DNA of 64,000 nucleotides, from positions 90,398,001 through 90,462,000 of the forward strand of contig CM052817.1 of assembly GCA_028534125.1 (NCBI GenBank), read 5' to 3'. Each line of letters opens with the position of its first letter. Position 1 is the stretch's first letter. The notes beneath the pieces were generated by a model. It saw only the letters and a list, made by a program, of their open reading frames with translations. It did not search any database and was not told where the DNA came from. The stretch comes from Lama glama (lineage: Eukaryota). Made by a program: the position numbers and the translations under genes. Positions 22,911 to 36,940 of the stretch are shown here, piece after piece.

Positions 22911-25900
22911 ATATACAATTATATAATTATATATTTTACTATATTATAATGTATCAAAATAATAAAACATTTAAAAGGTAAGTTTTTAAAATGTCTTTTA
23001 AACCTTACATCATGTTTAGACTTTGGTTATTGCTAATGTTAGAGTCAGCACTTTGACTAACATTGACTATGACACTCTTTGCAAAGCACGTGGCTTATTA
23101 ACACTTTGGATTCCACTTGTGCATGGAAACGTTACAGATCTCCCATCTAACATTTCATTATATGCTATTTTTCATCCTAGATTAGAAAAAAGAAATTTGA
23201 ATCTTGAGAGTAAGATTAAATTTTAAAAAAATATTTACATTTCTAAAATAAATTGCTATGTAATGGAACTGCCAAGCTTTAAATCATCCATGTGAAACTG
23301 ACTATATTCAGAAACATTCTAATGGAAAATGTAGCAAAGGAAAGGGAGGGAAAAGGAAAAACTAATGAGCCATGGTTTAGTAAGACATCTGTACTATTTT
23401 TTTCTCTGTTTGGGCTTTTCCATTGTCAGTTTGATTAATGGGATGTCTTTAAATGTATCTCCTTTTGGATATCTTATATCTCAACAAGTCCATTTCATGT
23501 TCTTGCCACAAACATTTCCAGCAGATTTCTTCTAACATGTCAGAATGACAGATAAGTTTCCATAGTCAGCCTTATAGAGAGCTCATTATTTTTTCAAACT
23601 AGTGCAATTGCCTTGAAGTTCCCCAAAGCAAAGGACCTTGTGATTTCCAAACCCATGCTGAATAAAAGTGTCCATTTCTGGGCTTAAAATAAGAGTTCAA
23701 GTCACTAGTCAAGGTCAACTACTGATTTTTGTAAATAGTCATGAAAATCTTCTGAGTTCGTAGGACCTAAGTATTTTAAATATCTTAAATATATCAAATG
23801 GACTTTCAAGTTTTAATGTAATCTATCTGTGATTTTATTCATATGATTTGGCTAGTAACAGTAGAAAAACAGATCTTCTGAAATTTACTTAATTCAGTGT
23901 GAAAATGTTTTCCTGATTGAAAGTTTGAATAAAGCAGCATTTCTATAATATACAATTGCAATAAAAAGCTCCAATTTTTATTCCAAAAAACCTTTATAAA
24001 ATATGAACATGTTTATGTCCTTTCCTTTTAAAGACACTCAACTAGACTGTAAGGTTGAACCATCTCTCCTAAAATTATTTTTTTGTCAAATATTTGTTAA
24101 AAATGCATGTGGATGTTTATGAAGAGTTTAACCTGTCACAGAATAACCTAACAAAGATAAAATAATGTGCAGTATCTATAAATCAGTTACATAATATCTT
24201 AAATAGCCTCAGAAGTTGACACTGAAAATATGCAAGAGTTCAGGATTTCATCAAGTTCTAAGGTTTTTAGACTCAAAGAAAGGACACTGATACTGTTTTA
24301 AGAGAAAACACTGTAAATAATCCCATCATGTGAATAACTTGGTAAGAGCTGCAGACTGAGGAGAAAATGCCAATTAGGTGATGTTAGTAGGTTATGATTT
24401 TTTTAGCCCAGGATATTACAATTCTAAAAAGGAGCTCAGTGTGACAGCTAGGCAGTTGAGAAGCAACTACAGATACTTCCAGCCTTAGGCCAAAATTTCT
24501 GTTGACATGATTTATCTGGATTCCTCTGTGTCCTTTTTAGTGTGTACACACCTTTTAACTCTGGAGAGGAAACCAGTTACAGTAAAGTTTAAAATAAAAC
24601 CCTAGTATTTATAGTTTTGTTTTATGAAGGAACCTGTTCCTTTAAAATAATTATTTTACATATTTGAATATATGTTAGATAATGTGGCCTATTGGAGTGG
24701 CAAAGAGGAATTTTCAACAGAGTAAAATCCTGACTATCATACAAATACAAAATGGACACTGTCAAAGATTCTATTTAACTTACTAATTGCTGATGGAACC
24801 CACAAGATGTTAAAACTGGCTCAAATAAGAATTCGCTTTGCTGACCTTTCTATTCTCTATCAGACAAAAACTCATTTGTATTATCATCTGCAGGAGTGAT
24901 TTGTGTTTCGATGGTCAACAAACATGAACTGTTATCAGTTTCTACAATGTAACTTCTATCTCTATCAAGTTGTAAATCAATTAATCAAAAGTGCACCCCC
25001 ACTATGGAACCTTATAGTGTCTAGAAAGTCCAGTTGACATGGCCCAGAACTCCATAGCCAGTAATTTCTCATGTCTTTTCCAAACATTTGACATTTTTCT
25101 GACAAGAATTAGAATCCTGTAACTTTAAGTTCTAATATGTAGTAAAGTAACTAGCTTGGATTTGTGATTATAAAGATATTTATAGTCAATTTTCAAACTT
25201 CAAGGAGACTTTAAGCTTCATTCTATTTAAGTTTAATTTATTACATTTCTAAGTATTCCTTAAATATGCAGAAAGGTATTTAAAAACTGAACTAAACTGA
25301 CTATTAAAGTTATGAATGAAGTTTAAAATATTGGAAAATGTTTAAATATAATTTTAAATGAGACCAGACATGACTCAATGTTCAAATGAAAATAATTACT
25401 AAAATCTGAGTTTTATAAAATATAGTAATATTTCCACACTGAACTTAAAAGCATAAAAAAGAATTAGGTTTGGAACTGTAGCTTTATGTATCTGTATATT
25501 AAATATATAAATGATAAACCCATGAGATCTTTTCTGCATACAAACTCTACCCAAAACTTAATACATAAGCAAAAATACCATCTTATGCCTCCCTCTTAAC
25601 ATGTTTTTCATTTTGCTATTGCATTCCTTTTCTTGTTAACTAAAATGCTATATATACCGAGGAAGTCAAACATCAACAATATGTCAATATTTTAACATCT
25701 CATACTAAAAGATACTCCTCATAATTAGAAGGCAGAATCTTTTCTGTGGTGGGTTAATTTTTCACATATGTCATATTTCTCTTTTTCTATGTATTTCAAG
25801 TACAGTATAAACATTTTAAAATTCTTCCCTCTAGACTTCTTTTAATCTTCTTCCTATCATTCCAAATTACTTAATAAAGATACTACTAAAAGCAAACATG

Positions 25901-26127
25901 GGACAAATATCTGGTTATGCACACTTCATAAACTCATCAGAAATCTTTGCCTCAGTTTCTGAGCCAATGCAAGTTACCAATTCATGCTTTAGCCAGGTGC
26001 ATTCGATTTAAAGAGTTCAACAATAATTTATGTTTTAATAACTTTGAATTATGAGTTACTGGAATAATTGATCTTTTCCCCCATTTGCTTGGCCCATTTA
26101 GGTATTTTTTTCAGTGTAATTTAATGC

Positions 26128-27965
26128 TAAAATCCACTAGCAAATTCCAGGAAGTTATTTTGTGGGTGTCAACTGACTGATTCTAAGGTTTCTATGGAGA
26201 GGCAAAAGACTTAGACTATTCAACACAGTATTGAAGGAGAAGATCAAAGTTGGAAGACTGACACTACCTGATGTCATGACTTATTATAAGGCTACAATTC
26301 AATTATAGATCAATGGAACAGAACAGAGAGCCTAGAAATGGCCGCTCACGCATACAGTCAACCACTCCTTGACAAAAGAGCTAAGGCAATACAATGGGGC
26401 AAAGATAATCTCTTCAACAATTTGTGCTGTAACAACTGGACATTCACATTTAAAAAAAAAAGAACCTAGACACAGATCTAACACTCTTCACAAAACTTAA
26501 CTCAAAATGGATCATAGACCTAAATGTAAAATGCAAAATTATAAAGTGCCTAGAAGATAACATAGGAGAAAACCTAGATGACCTTAAGCATGGTGATGAT
26601 TTTTTAGATATAACACCAAGGGCACAGTCTAGAAAGAAAAAACTGATCAACTGGATTTCATTAATATTATAAACTTCTGCTCTGTAAAAGATAATATCAA
26701 GAAAGAAGAAAACAAGCCTTATACTGAAAGAAAATCTTTGCAAAAGACACATCTCATAAAGAACTATTATCTGTAATATACAAAGAACTCTTAAAACTCA
26801 ACAATAAGAAAATAACCAACCCAAATTAAAAAAAGTCAAAGACCTAAACAGAAACACCACAAAGAAGATATACAGATGGCAAATAAGCATATTAAAAGAT
26901 GCTCAACATCATATATCATCAGGGAAATGCAAATTACAACAGTGAGATGCCACTACACACCTATCACAACGGTCAACATCTGGAACACTGACACCACCAA
27001 ATGCTGGTGAAGATGTGGAACTATAGGAACTCTCATTCATTAATTGTGGAAATATAAAATAGTATAGCTATTGTAGAGGACAGTCTGGCCATTTCTTACA
27101 AAACTAATCACACCCTCATCTTATGATCCAGCAATCTATTTACCTAAAGAAGTTGAAAACTATGCCCCCCACAAAAATCTGTACACGGATGTTTATAGTC
27201 ATTTTATTCATAATTGCCAAAACTTGGAAGCAACCAGGATGACCTACAATAGGTGAATGGATAAATAATCTACTGTATATCCAGACGATAGAATATTACT
27301 CCATTCCATAAGAGAAAATGCGCTATCGAGCCATGAAACTTCCTCTATCAAGACAGAGGAAACTTAAATGCATATTATAAGTGGAAGAAGTGAATCTGAA
27401 AGGGCTACATAGTAATGTATGGTTCTAACTATCTGACATTCTGGAAAAAGCAAAACTAGAGAGACAGTAAAAAGATCAATGGTAGGGGGGAGGGTATAGC
27501 TTGGTGGTAGAGTGCATGCTTAGCGTACACGAGGTCCTCGGTTCAATTCCCAGTACCTCCATTAAAAAAATAAATGAATAAGCCTATTTATAAAAAAAAA
27601 AAATCAATGATAGCCAGGGGTTGGGGGTAGGGGGCAGGATGACTAGGAAGATCATAGGAGTTTTTAGGACAGTGAAGATACTCTGCATGTTACTTTAATG
27701 GTGGATACATGTCGTGATACATTTGTCCAAACCCAAATGTACAGCACCAAGAATCCTAATGTAAGCTGTGAACTGTAGGTGATGACGTGTCAGTGCAGGT
27801 TCACTGAGTGCACCAAATGTAATAGTCTGGTGTTGGTTATTGATAACGGGGAAGGCTATGCATGTGTGGGGACAGGGAACATATGGGAAATCTCCCTACC
27901 TCCCTCTACATTTTGCTATGAACCTAAAGCTGCTCTAAAAATTAAAACAAACAAACAAACAAAAA
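26128..27965 (+). mobile_element. L1MC1-like ORF2 end plus 3'UTR
   Basis: gactgacactacctga.., atggatcatagacctaaatgtaaaatg.., 3'UTR ggtggatacatgtc..atttgtccaaaccc..gctatgaacctaaagctgctctaaaaattaaa; degenerate TSD aatgctaaaat/aatactaagat. Confidence 0.9.
27486..27598 (+). mobile_element. tRNA-Ala-derived SINE, Vic-1-like, inserted in the L1
   Basis: ggggagggtatagcttggtggtagagtgcatgcttagc..gaggtcctcggttcaattcccagtacctcc plus an A-rich tail; TSD aaagatcaatggtag / aaaaatcaatgatag. Confidence 0.9.
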
Positions 27966-30039
27966 ATACTAAGATGAATTCAAAGATTCACTTTTGGTGT
28001 TTTATAGGAAAAGAATTATTCAATAGTCACTGTTAAACTACATACAAAAAGAAATGAATGCATTTTTAAAGACAGTCTGTTTCATAGTCAATTGAGAATC
28101 AATTAGGTGAGTGAGTAGTTTCCTAAAAACAAGTTTTAGTCCCACTATAATTCATTATATATTTTTAAGCTTTTTATCAGGAAAGTTCATTTCTTCCCAG
28201 GAGAAGATCATGAACTACATCACACAAAAAGGTTTTATCCCAGAAAAGGTTTACAATATCATCTTTCTTGGGGCTTTGAAAAGTCATGTCTTATTACACA
28301 TGATGTGCATGTGTGTTACTTGAACTCAAGTTTCCAGAATATCTTAACTGTTCATTACAGCATGTGAAATTCATTAGAAAAATTATTTTGTAGGATCTTC
28401 TTTAGGGAGTACTATTACAAGTCCTCCAAATGAAAATGATTAATATTTAATTTCTGAACAAAATCTGGCAATCCTTGAAAAATAACAAAAAGAATATATT
28501 AAGTTCTATCCTAATTATTAAAACTAATTAAATATCAGTGGGACTGCTTGTTTAAATATTTAAACTAATTGCTAGTATGCATTTTGTGATTATTCTAATA
28601 CTAAAATGTAAGTACGTGTGTAAGAAACTTTATCCAGCAAGGAGAGGAGACACTTTAGTAGACAAATAAGAGGAGGCAGTCTCAGAATTTTAGGCTGCCT
28701 TGCTATTCTTTTCTATGAAAAGACAGATACTCCATTATTGATGGCATTTTCCATTATGATATCTCATCTGGATTTCACAGAGAAAGGGTCACTTTGATGA
28801 AATAATAAAGCAGAGAAAGCAGAGTGGATTAAAATATTTATTTTTGTTTTAAAGTTCAGCATGTTACTTCGGTAAAAATATACACAAAGTTGAATGTGAC
28901 TGTGACTATGCAATGTGTGTTTCTCACCAGCACAAGAAGAGGCATGAAGTGTTGAATGCTATGTCCCTGTTGAATATTGTACTATTTTGAAATTTTAGTA
29001 GACAAGTTTACAATGAAAAAAACACCCTACAGATAATAAATTTGAAGGGGAGCAATCTTTTTGTATTCTGCAAGATTTTTGGATAAGAGTATGTAGAATA
29101 TTTTTAATATAGGACACACATATTTATTCATTTTATATGGTTCTTACTAAATGGTTACCTAATTTATCATAGCGTTCAAAGCTCATATTCATTGAGCTTT
29201 CAAGCAGTAATCACTGGTGTAGCAAATATACTGAAGGGTAACAAAAATTCAGTATAATTCAAGATACACAGTATAATAAATGAGAAGCCACTGTTTTATA
29301 AGTTTGAAAGATTAATAAATTAATCATTAATATGATCAGTAGTTAAATATAGTTACTATTAGATCACAGAGGAATACTTGTTTGTCACCATATTTTGATA
29401 ATCTTAAATAGCTAAGTAACAATGTTAATAATTTAAATGTTACAACTTGATAGGTTTATTAAATTTACCAAAGTATAGAGGTAGGACACATTATGTTTGT
29501 TAGTCTTAAGAAGAATAAAAAAAAATCATCAGAACAATTTCTTTAATCTCACTCAAGTAATAAACTTGATGTTAGATCTCCAAAATGTACTACAGACATT
29601 ATACTGTGGACAATAGAAATAAAAATTGGTAATTTTAATTCATTCCTAATCTATAGAAGGCACTTAGGATGCCCCTAACACATCCAACAATCATGTGCAA
29701 ATTATAAGAAGGTACAAATTTAAGAAGTATCCCCTCCTCAAGGGTGATGTAGTCCAGGGTCAGGGCATACATCTTGGCAAGCTGAACTAAGGTTAATTTG
29801 CCTCTTTTATGAATCCTTGCTGAATTATTTCTTTCTGTGAAAAATTTATACCAAGCATTGTTGGATAATAGCACTATCTTATTATATGTAAGGTAACATA
29901 GAACCCTGTCTTTCTCCCCGAAGAAATCATAAGCTCTCCAACGTCAGGGACTATAAAGGGTAGAAACTAATTGTTAAATGTACTGTACCATCTTCTACTG
30001 AGCATCTTTTTAAAATCTTACAAATATAATTGCTTCTAT

Positions 30040-30210
30040 TTGTAGCGTTTCACAGTTCACTTAAGATTTTATATTCATTATTATATATAATCCCACAACA
30101 AGCTTCTGATGAAGGAAAATTGGGTGTGATTATTGCGCTCTTTAAAGGCTGCACAGCTGGTAAGCACAAGAACTAAGACTGTACTAAGACCTTTGAGACC
30201 TAGTCTGCTG
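30040..30210 (-). mobile_element. MIR SINE
   Basis: aatcccacaacaagc..gatgaaggaaa..gcacagctggtaagc..agaactaagact. Confidence 0.55.
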
Positions 30211-31774
30211 GACTTCCTTTATAGCAACTTAGCAGGAAAGACCTGCTATCATTAAAACAATGAGACATCTGAAGGGTATTATTAAATAGTGGTTTAGCAT
30301 AGAAACCTTATTAAACGTGAATCAGAGGCAGCTCTAAGTTTAAGAGACAAGGTGCCCCTAGATTCAGTCTTCACTTCCTCCTTCCTGAAGAATCATAAAA
30401 ACAGTTGTGAAATGTGTCTGATGACTCTGATACAAAGCAATTTACCTACCAATTTTTAACTGAGAAATATTAATCCCTAGGTAGGGGGAGGGGCATATTC
30501 TTGAGGTAGCATTTTTGGAACTGCACTTGCTTGAGGATTTCGCATATTTAATGGAAAAAAAATGTTGGCCTGAAACATAGCAGGTGAGTTCCCATTTATA
30601 ATCCTGCATGAAGCCCACCCTGACCCCAAGGGTGGGACAAAATAATGTCATGTCCTTTTTTCTGGGATGCAAGCCTCTTGAAGCCCAGGATTTCCTCCTA
30701 CTTATCATTGCTCTTTTTCCACTAAGTCATTAACTAGCATTTGGAAGATACTTAATAAAATTTTGCTTAACTTAACTGAATTTTAAATTACAAACATTTG
30801 CTTACTTTTAGCCAGTTTCAATCAAATTTTAATATTTGGCTCTTATTCACTGACTAAAATAGGCTTAATGATACTTGTTTTTCATGTTTATTATGTTTTT
30901 TGAAATTGAGAAGTGTGGATAGAACAATTAACTAAATACCTGAGAGGAAGAAAGCACCTTTGCAAAACACCTCTTTATATAAAAATGTGTGAGTTTAAAC
31001 TTCAGTTTTCTGTTGTTCGATCTCAACCTGATATAATTACATTTAAACTTTATTTAATATTTATTTAACCTCTGTAAACACTACCCAAAGTCACTGAAAT
31101 AGCTTTGATCTGGCCTTGGATCAGGAGTTCAAGAGATGGTTGGCTCAAAGTCCTTCTTAAATACCTATACCTGCCTCCTCCCACTGCCACCACATGGCAA
31201 GGACAGTGGGCAGCACCTGGGGATTCATTAAATGAAAGAACCCAAAAGATGGAGTTTAACTGATTCAGTAAGAAAGTGTTCATATATGAACATGTGTGTG
31301 TGTGATTCACATACATACATATTTAATAATCTATTGACGTTTGTTTTCTAAATATATATAAACCATACTCTATACTGCTCAACACGAGATATTTTTAACA
31401 AATTTGGAGATTGTATATAAATTAACAAGACTAAAATATGTAAGAAACTTATAGTGAGAGTCAAAAGAAATAATGACAATTAATTTCATTCTGGAAAAAT
31501 AGACACTGCCTCTCCATGACCCTACTCATTCCTGAACCATTGGCATTGGCAATGTTGCTTGTATGGCCTGGAATTCCTTCCCTTCTCATTTCTACTTATT
31601 CAAATTCTACTCATTCATCAAATTTCAACATATATATATTCTAATCCATGGAATCTTTCATAAAAACCAGATCCACACTCATCCTTTATGTCACATACAG
31701 ATACTACCATGAGTAATGTTTAACTCTCTAAATATCTGTGTACAGTTTAGTTTTTTTTTTTATCTTATACATCC

Positions 31775-32170
31775 ATTTCATTTCTTGACTGCAAGTTACT
31801 GAACCAACTCTAGATAACTTCAGGAGACAAAGAACTTACATAATTAATGAAGCCTGTAGAATCAGGCCTGGGATAGAAGCAGGATCCAGGGATGCTTAGG
31901 AAACAGGAAAATAGTCCAGGTTGGTTCCAGAAACAGTCAGAATAAGATGTACTGTGTGTCTCTGCTGCTTTGTACCTCAACCTCAATGCCAAAAATAATG
32001 TCTTAATCTCCCTATGTGTTTGCTTTCAATCCTTAAGATTCAAAGTCTCAGCACGTTATGTCTTTCTTTCCCAGCTGTTGGAAGAAGGAATATCTGTTTC
32101 TCAGTTTCAATATGGTGGCAGTGGAGCCTTGACTCTCAGCATAACTTACTTTATGAGAACTCCTCCTAAA
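31775..32170 (-). mobile_element. Old MLT1-type LTR remnant
   Basis: ttcttgactgcaagttactgaaccaactctagataactt..ggatccagggatgc. Confidence 0.35.
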
Positions 32171-33139
32171 TGGAGAAAATGTTTAAATTTGAATAAGCTA
32201 AAATGCTTAGGGGTTGTCTACCATATTTTAAGTTATAAAATAAGCTCACTGAAGTTATAAGTTAATGGCTTTAATCATTGAACTCTAACAATAAACATTT
32301 GTAGTGTACACATGAACTGCAACATGAACTTTAGAGAATCCTAAAGAAGTATGTAACACGGTCCATGAACAAAAGACCCTCATAATCCGGAAAGAGAGAT
32401 GAAATTTTTCTCATGGGAAACAGCTTGAAAAAAGGACTAAGGCAGCAATAAGCAAGTACATATGATGTATAGAGGCTCTCGCATGGGCGTTAAGAAAATA
32501 TCATGTGACCAAAAGATTAATGTGGACTGTGTTTACCTCAAGATCCTGAGTATAAATTGATTTATACAGCCTGAACTCAAGGGCAAATAACATTCTCAAA
32601 GTAAAAATCTGATGAATAATAATACTGTGAAGCAGTTTGATTTATACAACACTAATAAAAAGTCCCTTGACTGCATTGTTAAAATAGGTTTTATAATGCC
32701 AATTGCAGTGTTTCAACTGAATCTGTTATCTCTTTTAAAAAAAATTTCAGGCAGTAGACCTGATTTCATTTCCTTGAAAAACCCAATGAGTTTAGCATTT
32801 TGAAACTGACAGATTTAGTTCATTAATTCAGATGTCTGTGAGCATTTCCCACTGAACAACTTCCCTTCATAATGTATAACTGTTGCATTTTCTGTAAATA
32901 AGCTTGTAAAAAAGAGAAAGACAAAAATCGCCGAATGAGAAATTTTTCTGTCTTTCAGTAACTTCATTTTGAAAAAGAAAAAAAAAAAGAAGAAAGCTTT
33001 GCAGAGATTCAAATAAAGATTTAAAGGTATTTTTATTACTTTTCCTAAAGGTTCTCTTAACATTATCATGTTATGTTGTAGTCTTTTTTGAGAAAGGTAA
33101 TGTTTTGATACTGTAGTACTGAGCATAAAAGAAAGAAAA

Positions 33140-33537
33140 CTTTCTTCTTGTGGGATCCCAATAGGAAACAAATTGAATGCTCAAATTATGATTATTCCAG
33201 CAGAATTTAACAAAGTATTAATAAAGAAGTGTAAAGAAATCAATAGAAGGAATGTCAGATCACAGGGCTGTCCCTATGTCCCTAAAGCTAGGCTGGAGGA
33301 GTCAAGGCTGCTATAGTTACCAGGAAGAGCTGCCTTGAGAGAATCTGTAACCTTCTTTCAAAAGGTCTCCATATCCCACTCCCATTTTCTTTCGATTTGC
33401 TTCTTAGGTTCCCCATTGCCCAAACTCTTTTGGAAGCCAGTGACGTTGTCCACCCTACTCAGCCTTCCAGGAGCAGAGAACAAGGCAGAGAAGACTAGAG
33501 AGCTGACATGGAGGGGCAAATGGGATTGATCTAGCAC
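33140..33537 (-). mobile_element. ERVL solo LTR (LTR33/LTR41-like)
   Basis: cccattgcccaaactc..ggaagccag..tcagccttccaggagcagagaac..ggaggggcaaatgggattgatctagcac is the reverse complement of the LTR33-group start. Confidence 0.6.
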
Positions 33538-35175
33538 GCAGAATTTTGGAGTAGGTTCCTAGATTTTTAGTCTGTTTTCTGGCAAACAAACATAGAGCTA
33601 GGATTCTGCTAAACTAAAACCCAACATTATAAAGATCCATGGCAACCTCTCATAGCAGATTTTACTGAATAGTAAGAAAACAGAAAATCAGAATTGTAGG
33701 CATTAAGAGGTTAATAATGAGCCAAAGCATAACTTTCATCGCACTAATCGATTGCTTATTGTTAAAACAATGCAGAAGAACAGCTTAACCACCTGTACAT
33801 TTCTTAGGAGTCTGACAGAGTTTTAAAGAAATTGGTCAAAGACTTTTTCCATAGAAAAATATTTTAAATGCAGGTAAATCTTGTTCCCTTATTCAAAATA
33901 ACATTATATGTTCATTCAGTTACCACACAAGAAACATTTTAAAAAAGTCTACTATGTATTCAGTATCATGTGTTCCTAATCTTTGGAAGTTCAGTGTAGT
34001 CAATAGATTCTAATGGAAGGTAAGTATCTATGAACAAATTAAATTCACTTAAAATAAACTGACTTGATGAGACCTTCAGAGTATAAGTTCTTTTAAATCA
34101 TCTACCCTTTGTAGGAAAATATGCCATTTCCTTCCTCTCTGTTTATTGCTGTTTTGATCTGTGCTGAAAAATCAGCATTTCAAGGATCAGCTATGAATAT
34201 GGCTTTACTTTCTAAAAAATATATTGAGTTATTTGGTCTGCATAACATCAAAAGGTTGGAATATCCATCAAATTGCAAATTTCCTAAGGTCAGAAATCAC
34301 ATTCTCTGTTCCATCAGCAATTTCACACTTCCTTATTAGGGGCTACAAACAGAACAGTTACTAAGTCCATAGAGCTGTCGATCTCAAATTTCAGTTCAGC
34401 ACTCATTTCAGGTCTCTGCTAGAGTGACTGACCTGCATTGTGCCTTATTTTTTCTCACATATGAAAATATTAAGTTCATCATTGCCAAATGTTTCATTAT
34501 GATTCTATCTACCCTCTTGAAATGGTATTCAATTTTTCCACCTCTTATAGTATTCTACTAGAGAATCATTGCTGTTAAATTAGTTGAACTCACATCATTT
34601 TTACATATTTTAATGGCAAGAAATATTCCCAATTCAACAGCTTTAAAACAATATGGCTGAACTGTCTGCAGCCCAGAGAGTTCATCTACTACTGCATTTA
34701 GAACAGAGCTCAAACTGAATAATCTGCTCTCACAATTGAGATCTGAAAAGGAAGGCTGCAGTGAAATTCTGGGAATGTATCTAAGAACAAGTGAGCCAAA
34801 CCAAGACCACAAGATTCCTCAGCTTAAATGTTATCTGCCTTACCTCTTTCAGATTCCTAAAATATTTTAAATGACACAGAAAATATGAAACCTTAAAAAT
34901 CAGGCTCAAATACAACTTATTCCAGAAATTTGGGAGAACATTTACTTGTTATTAAAAAGTAGCACTGGTCTTAGCAAATCACAGCTTTGCCCTGGTAATA
35001 TACACATGTAATATTATGGCACAGGCTCACAACCTGGCAAGTTGCCTCTACCTTAGATCTAGAATTTATACCAATCAGAAAAAAACAGGCAGTCATCTTA
35101 ATCAGTTTTTTTTTTTTTTGAGGCAGAGTTCTTCTCCACACCATTCTAGCTTTCTACATTAATTCTGAAACAGCT

Positions 35176-35442
35176 ATACTAAGATCAAGTCGAATTCATC
35201 CCCAGGTCACAAGGTTGGTTTAACACATGCAAATCAATGTGGTATACCACATCAACAAAAGAAAGGACAAAACCACATGATCATCTCAACAGATGCAGAA
35301 AAAGCATTTGATAAAATTCGACACCCATTCATGATAAAAACTCTTACCAAAGTGGGTAGGGAAAGAATGTTTCTCAACATAATAAAAACTACTTAGGACA
35401 AACCCACAGCCAACATAATACTCAATGGTGAAAGTTGAAAGC
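35176..35442 (+). mobile_element. Internal L1 ORF2 (RT) fragment with an 11-bp TSD and no 3'UTR or poly(A)
   Basis: Encodes [35 protein letters not shown]; flanked by ctgaaacagct at 35165-35175 and 35443-35453. Confidence 0.9.
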
Positions 35443-35905
35443 CTGAAACAGCTGGCCTTAAAGTCAACAGACCTGGAACAAACCACGTGGGAGTGGTGAG
35501 TAAGGAAAATGGGTGCTTGGGAAGGGATGTCGCCAGTGTCACACCACTTCCTGGGACAAATGATTCCAAAAAGTAAAGTGCAGTATTTTCGAGAAAATAC
35601 AACCCTAATGATAACGAGTCTGGAGAGTGAAAGGTTTTATTTGTTTTTTGTTTTAGTGTCTTTTTAGAGTAATAGGGGTAGGAAAAATTACATTTCAAAA
35701 GAAAAGAATGTTTTCCAGAAATTGAGTGTTGGACTGAAACCTGAACAAATCAACCTAAATTCAGCTGTGGGGCTGGAGGAACCTGCAAACACCACCTAGA
35801 CAACAGGGAGCCAAGGCAAGGACCTTCCAACCCTTTCCCTCCTAAGCAAAACTGAGTCTTATGGGAGGTTATCTCACTTTAGAATGAGGGAGGGAGTTAG
35901 CTTCA

Positions 35906-36940
35906 TCCAAAGCAGGTAATATTGTTCTTAAAATCTAGCCCAGATGAAGTTAGCTTTCAAGGGCCAACATACAAATTCCAGTGAACTATAAAACATTCAT
36001 ATTTTAGTCTAAAATTTTGCTCAGATGCTAGCTGCTTTTACTAAAACCACCTACATACTTTAAAAAATCCCTACCATGAAATAGAAGGATGAAAATACCA
36101 ACAGCAACGTGGACTTCCTCACCTCAGCACCAGGTGCTGCTCACTGGGATTCAGATTTGCTAGGTGGGTTGTGTGGAAAGAATCGATGACGAACAGGACA
36201 TGCCACTCAGTGGACTGACGGAGGCAAGCACATTTAAAGGTATGCCAGTGACTTACTGGGGCACGACCTACAGCAACGCACTGAGCCTGGGGAGAGACAG
36301 TAGCTGCCGTTGAGAAAATCTGAAATTGGGAGGCAATCAACCACACTGTTAATTCAATTTAGCAAAATTTTTGTGTTTTGCTAAGAGACAAAAAAAAAAT
36401 CAAAAAACAGACATTACACTCAAAAATAGGCCATGGAACTGAAAGTCCAAGACTATAATCACGGAAAGTCATCTCTCAGCGTCGTATTTTGCAGGTGACT
36501 CTGGGTTAATGGCAGTCACAGCACTGTAAACCCATTTGCATGCATAAGCAGAAGTGTTTCACAGAATAAATTTAAACTATGAAAGACCTTCAATTCTTAT
36601 GTTATACCCTTAGAGCTAGTTTTCCATACTGCTAACAAATATGTCATTCCAAAAGGCAAATAAGTAGTATTTTGAATATGAAGAACTTTAGGTTGAATAA
36701 ATAAGAGAAATGGATATAGTTTCTCCTGCTTCTAATAAAATGTAAAACGACACAATTTTCCATGTGAAATGTAATCAGTACGATTTAAAACATTTTGGCA
36801 TTTACATTTATGATATTCAGATTTTCTACTGGCATATCCTGAATGGCACTGCGCTACCATACTCTCCTCAGCTCAAAAGTTTGCTGCTATGTGTGAGACG
36901 TTTCCAAAGCAGGTAATATTGTTCTTAAAATCTAGCCCAG
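35906..36940 (+). repeat. Perfect 38-bp dispersed direct repeat (35906-35943 and 36903-36940)
   Basis: tccaaagcaggtaatattgttcttaaaatctagcccag occurs at both positions. Confidence 0.95.

Noticed and set aside
27486..27562. tRNA-Ala gene (also 11530-11605)
   Set aside because: Both carry an A-rich tail and TSDs and have broken stems, so they are SINE copies.
35906..36940. CRISPR-like or recombination-site repeat pair
   Set aside because: Only two copies 1 kb apart in a mammalian genome, with no array or associated genes. It is better explained as a templated insertion.
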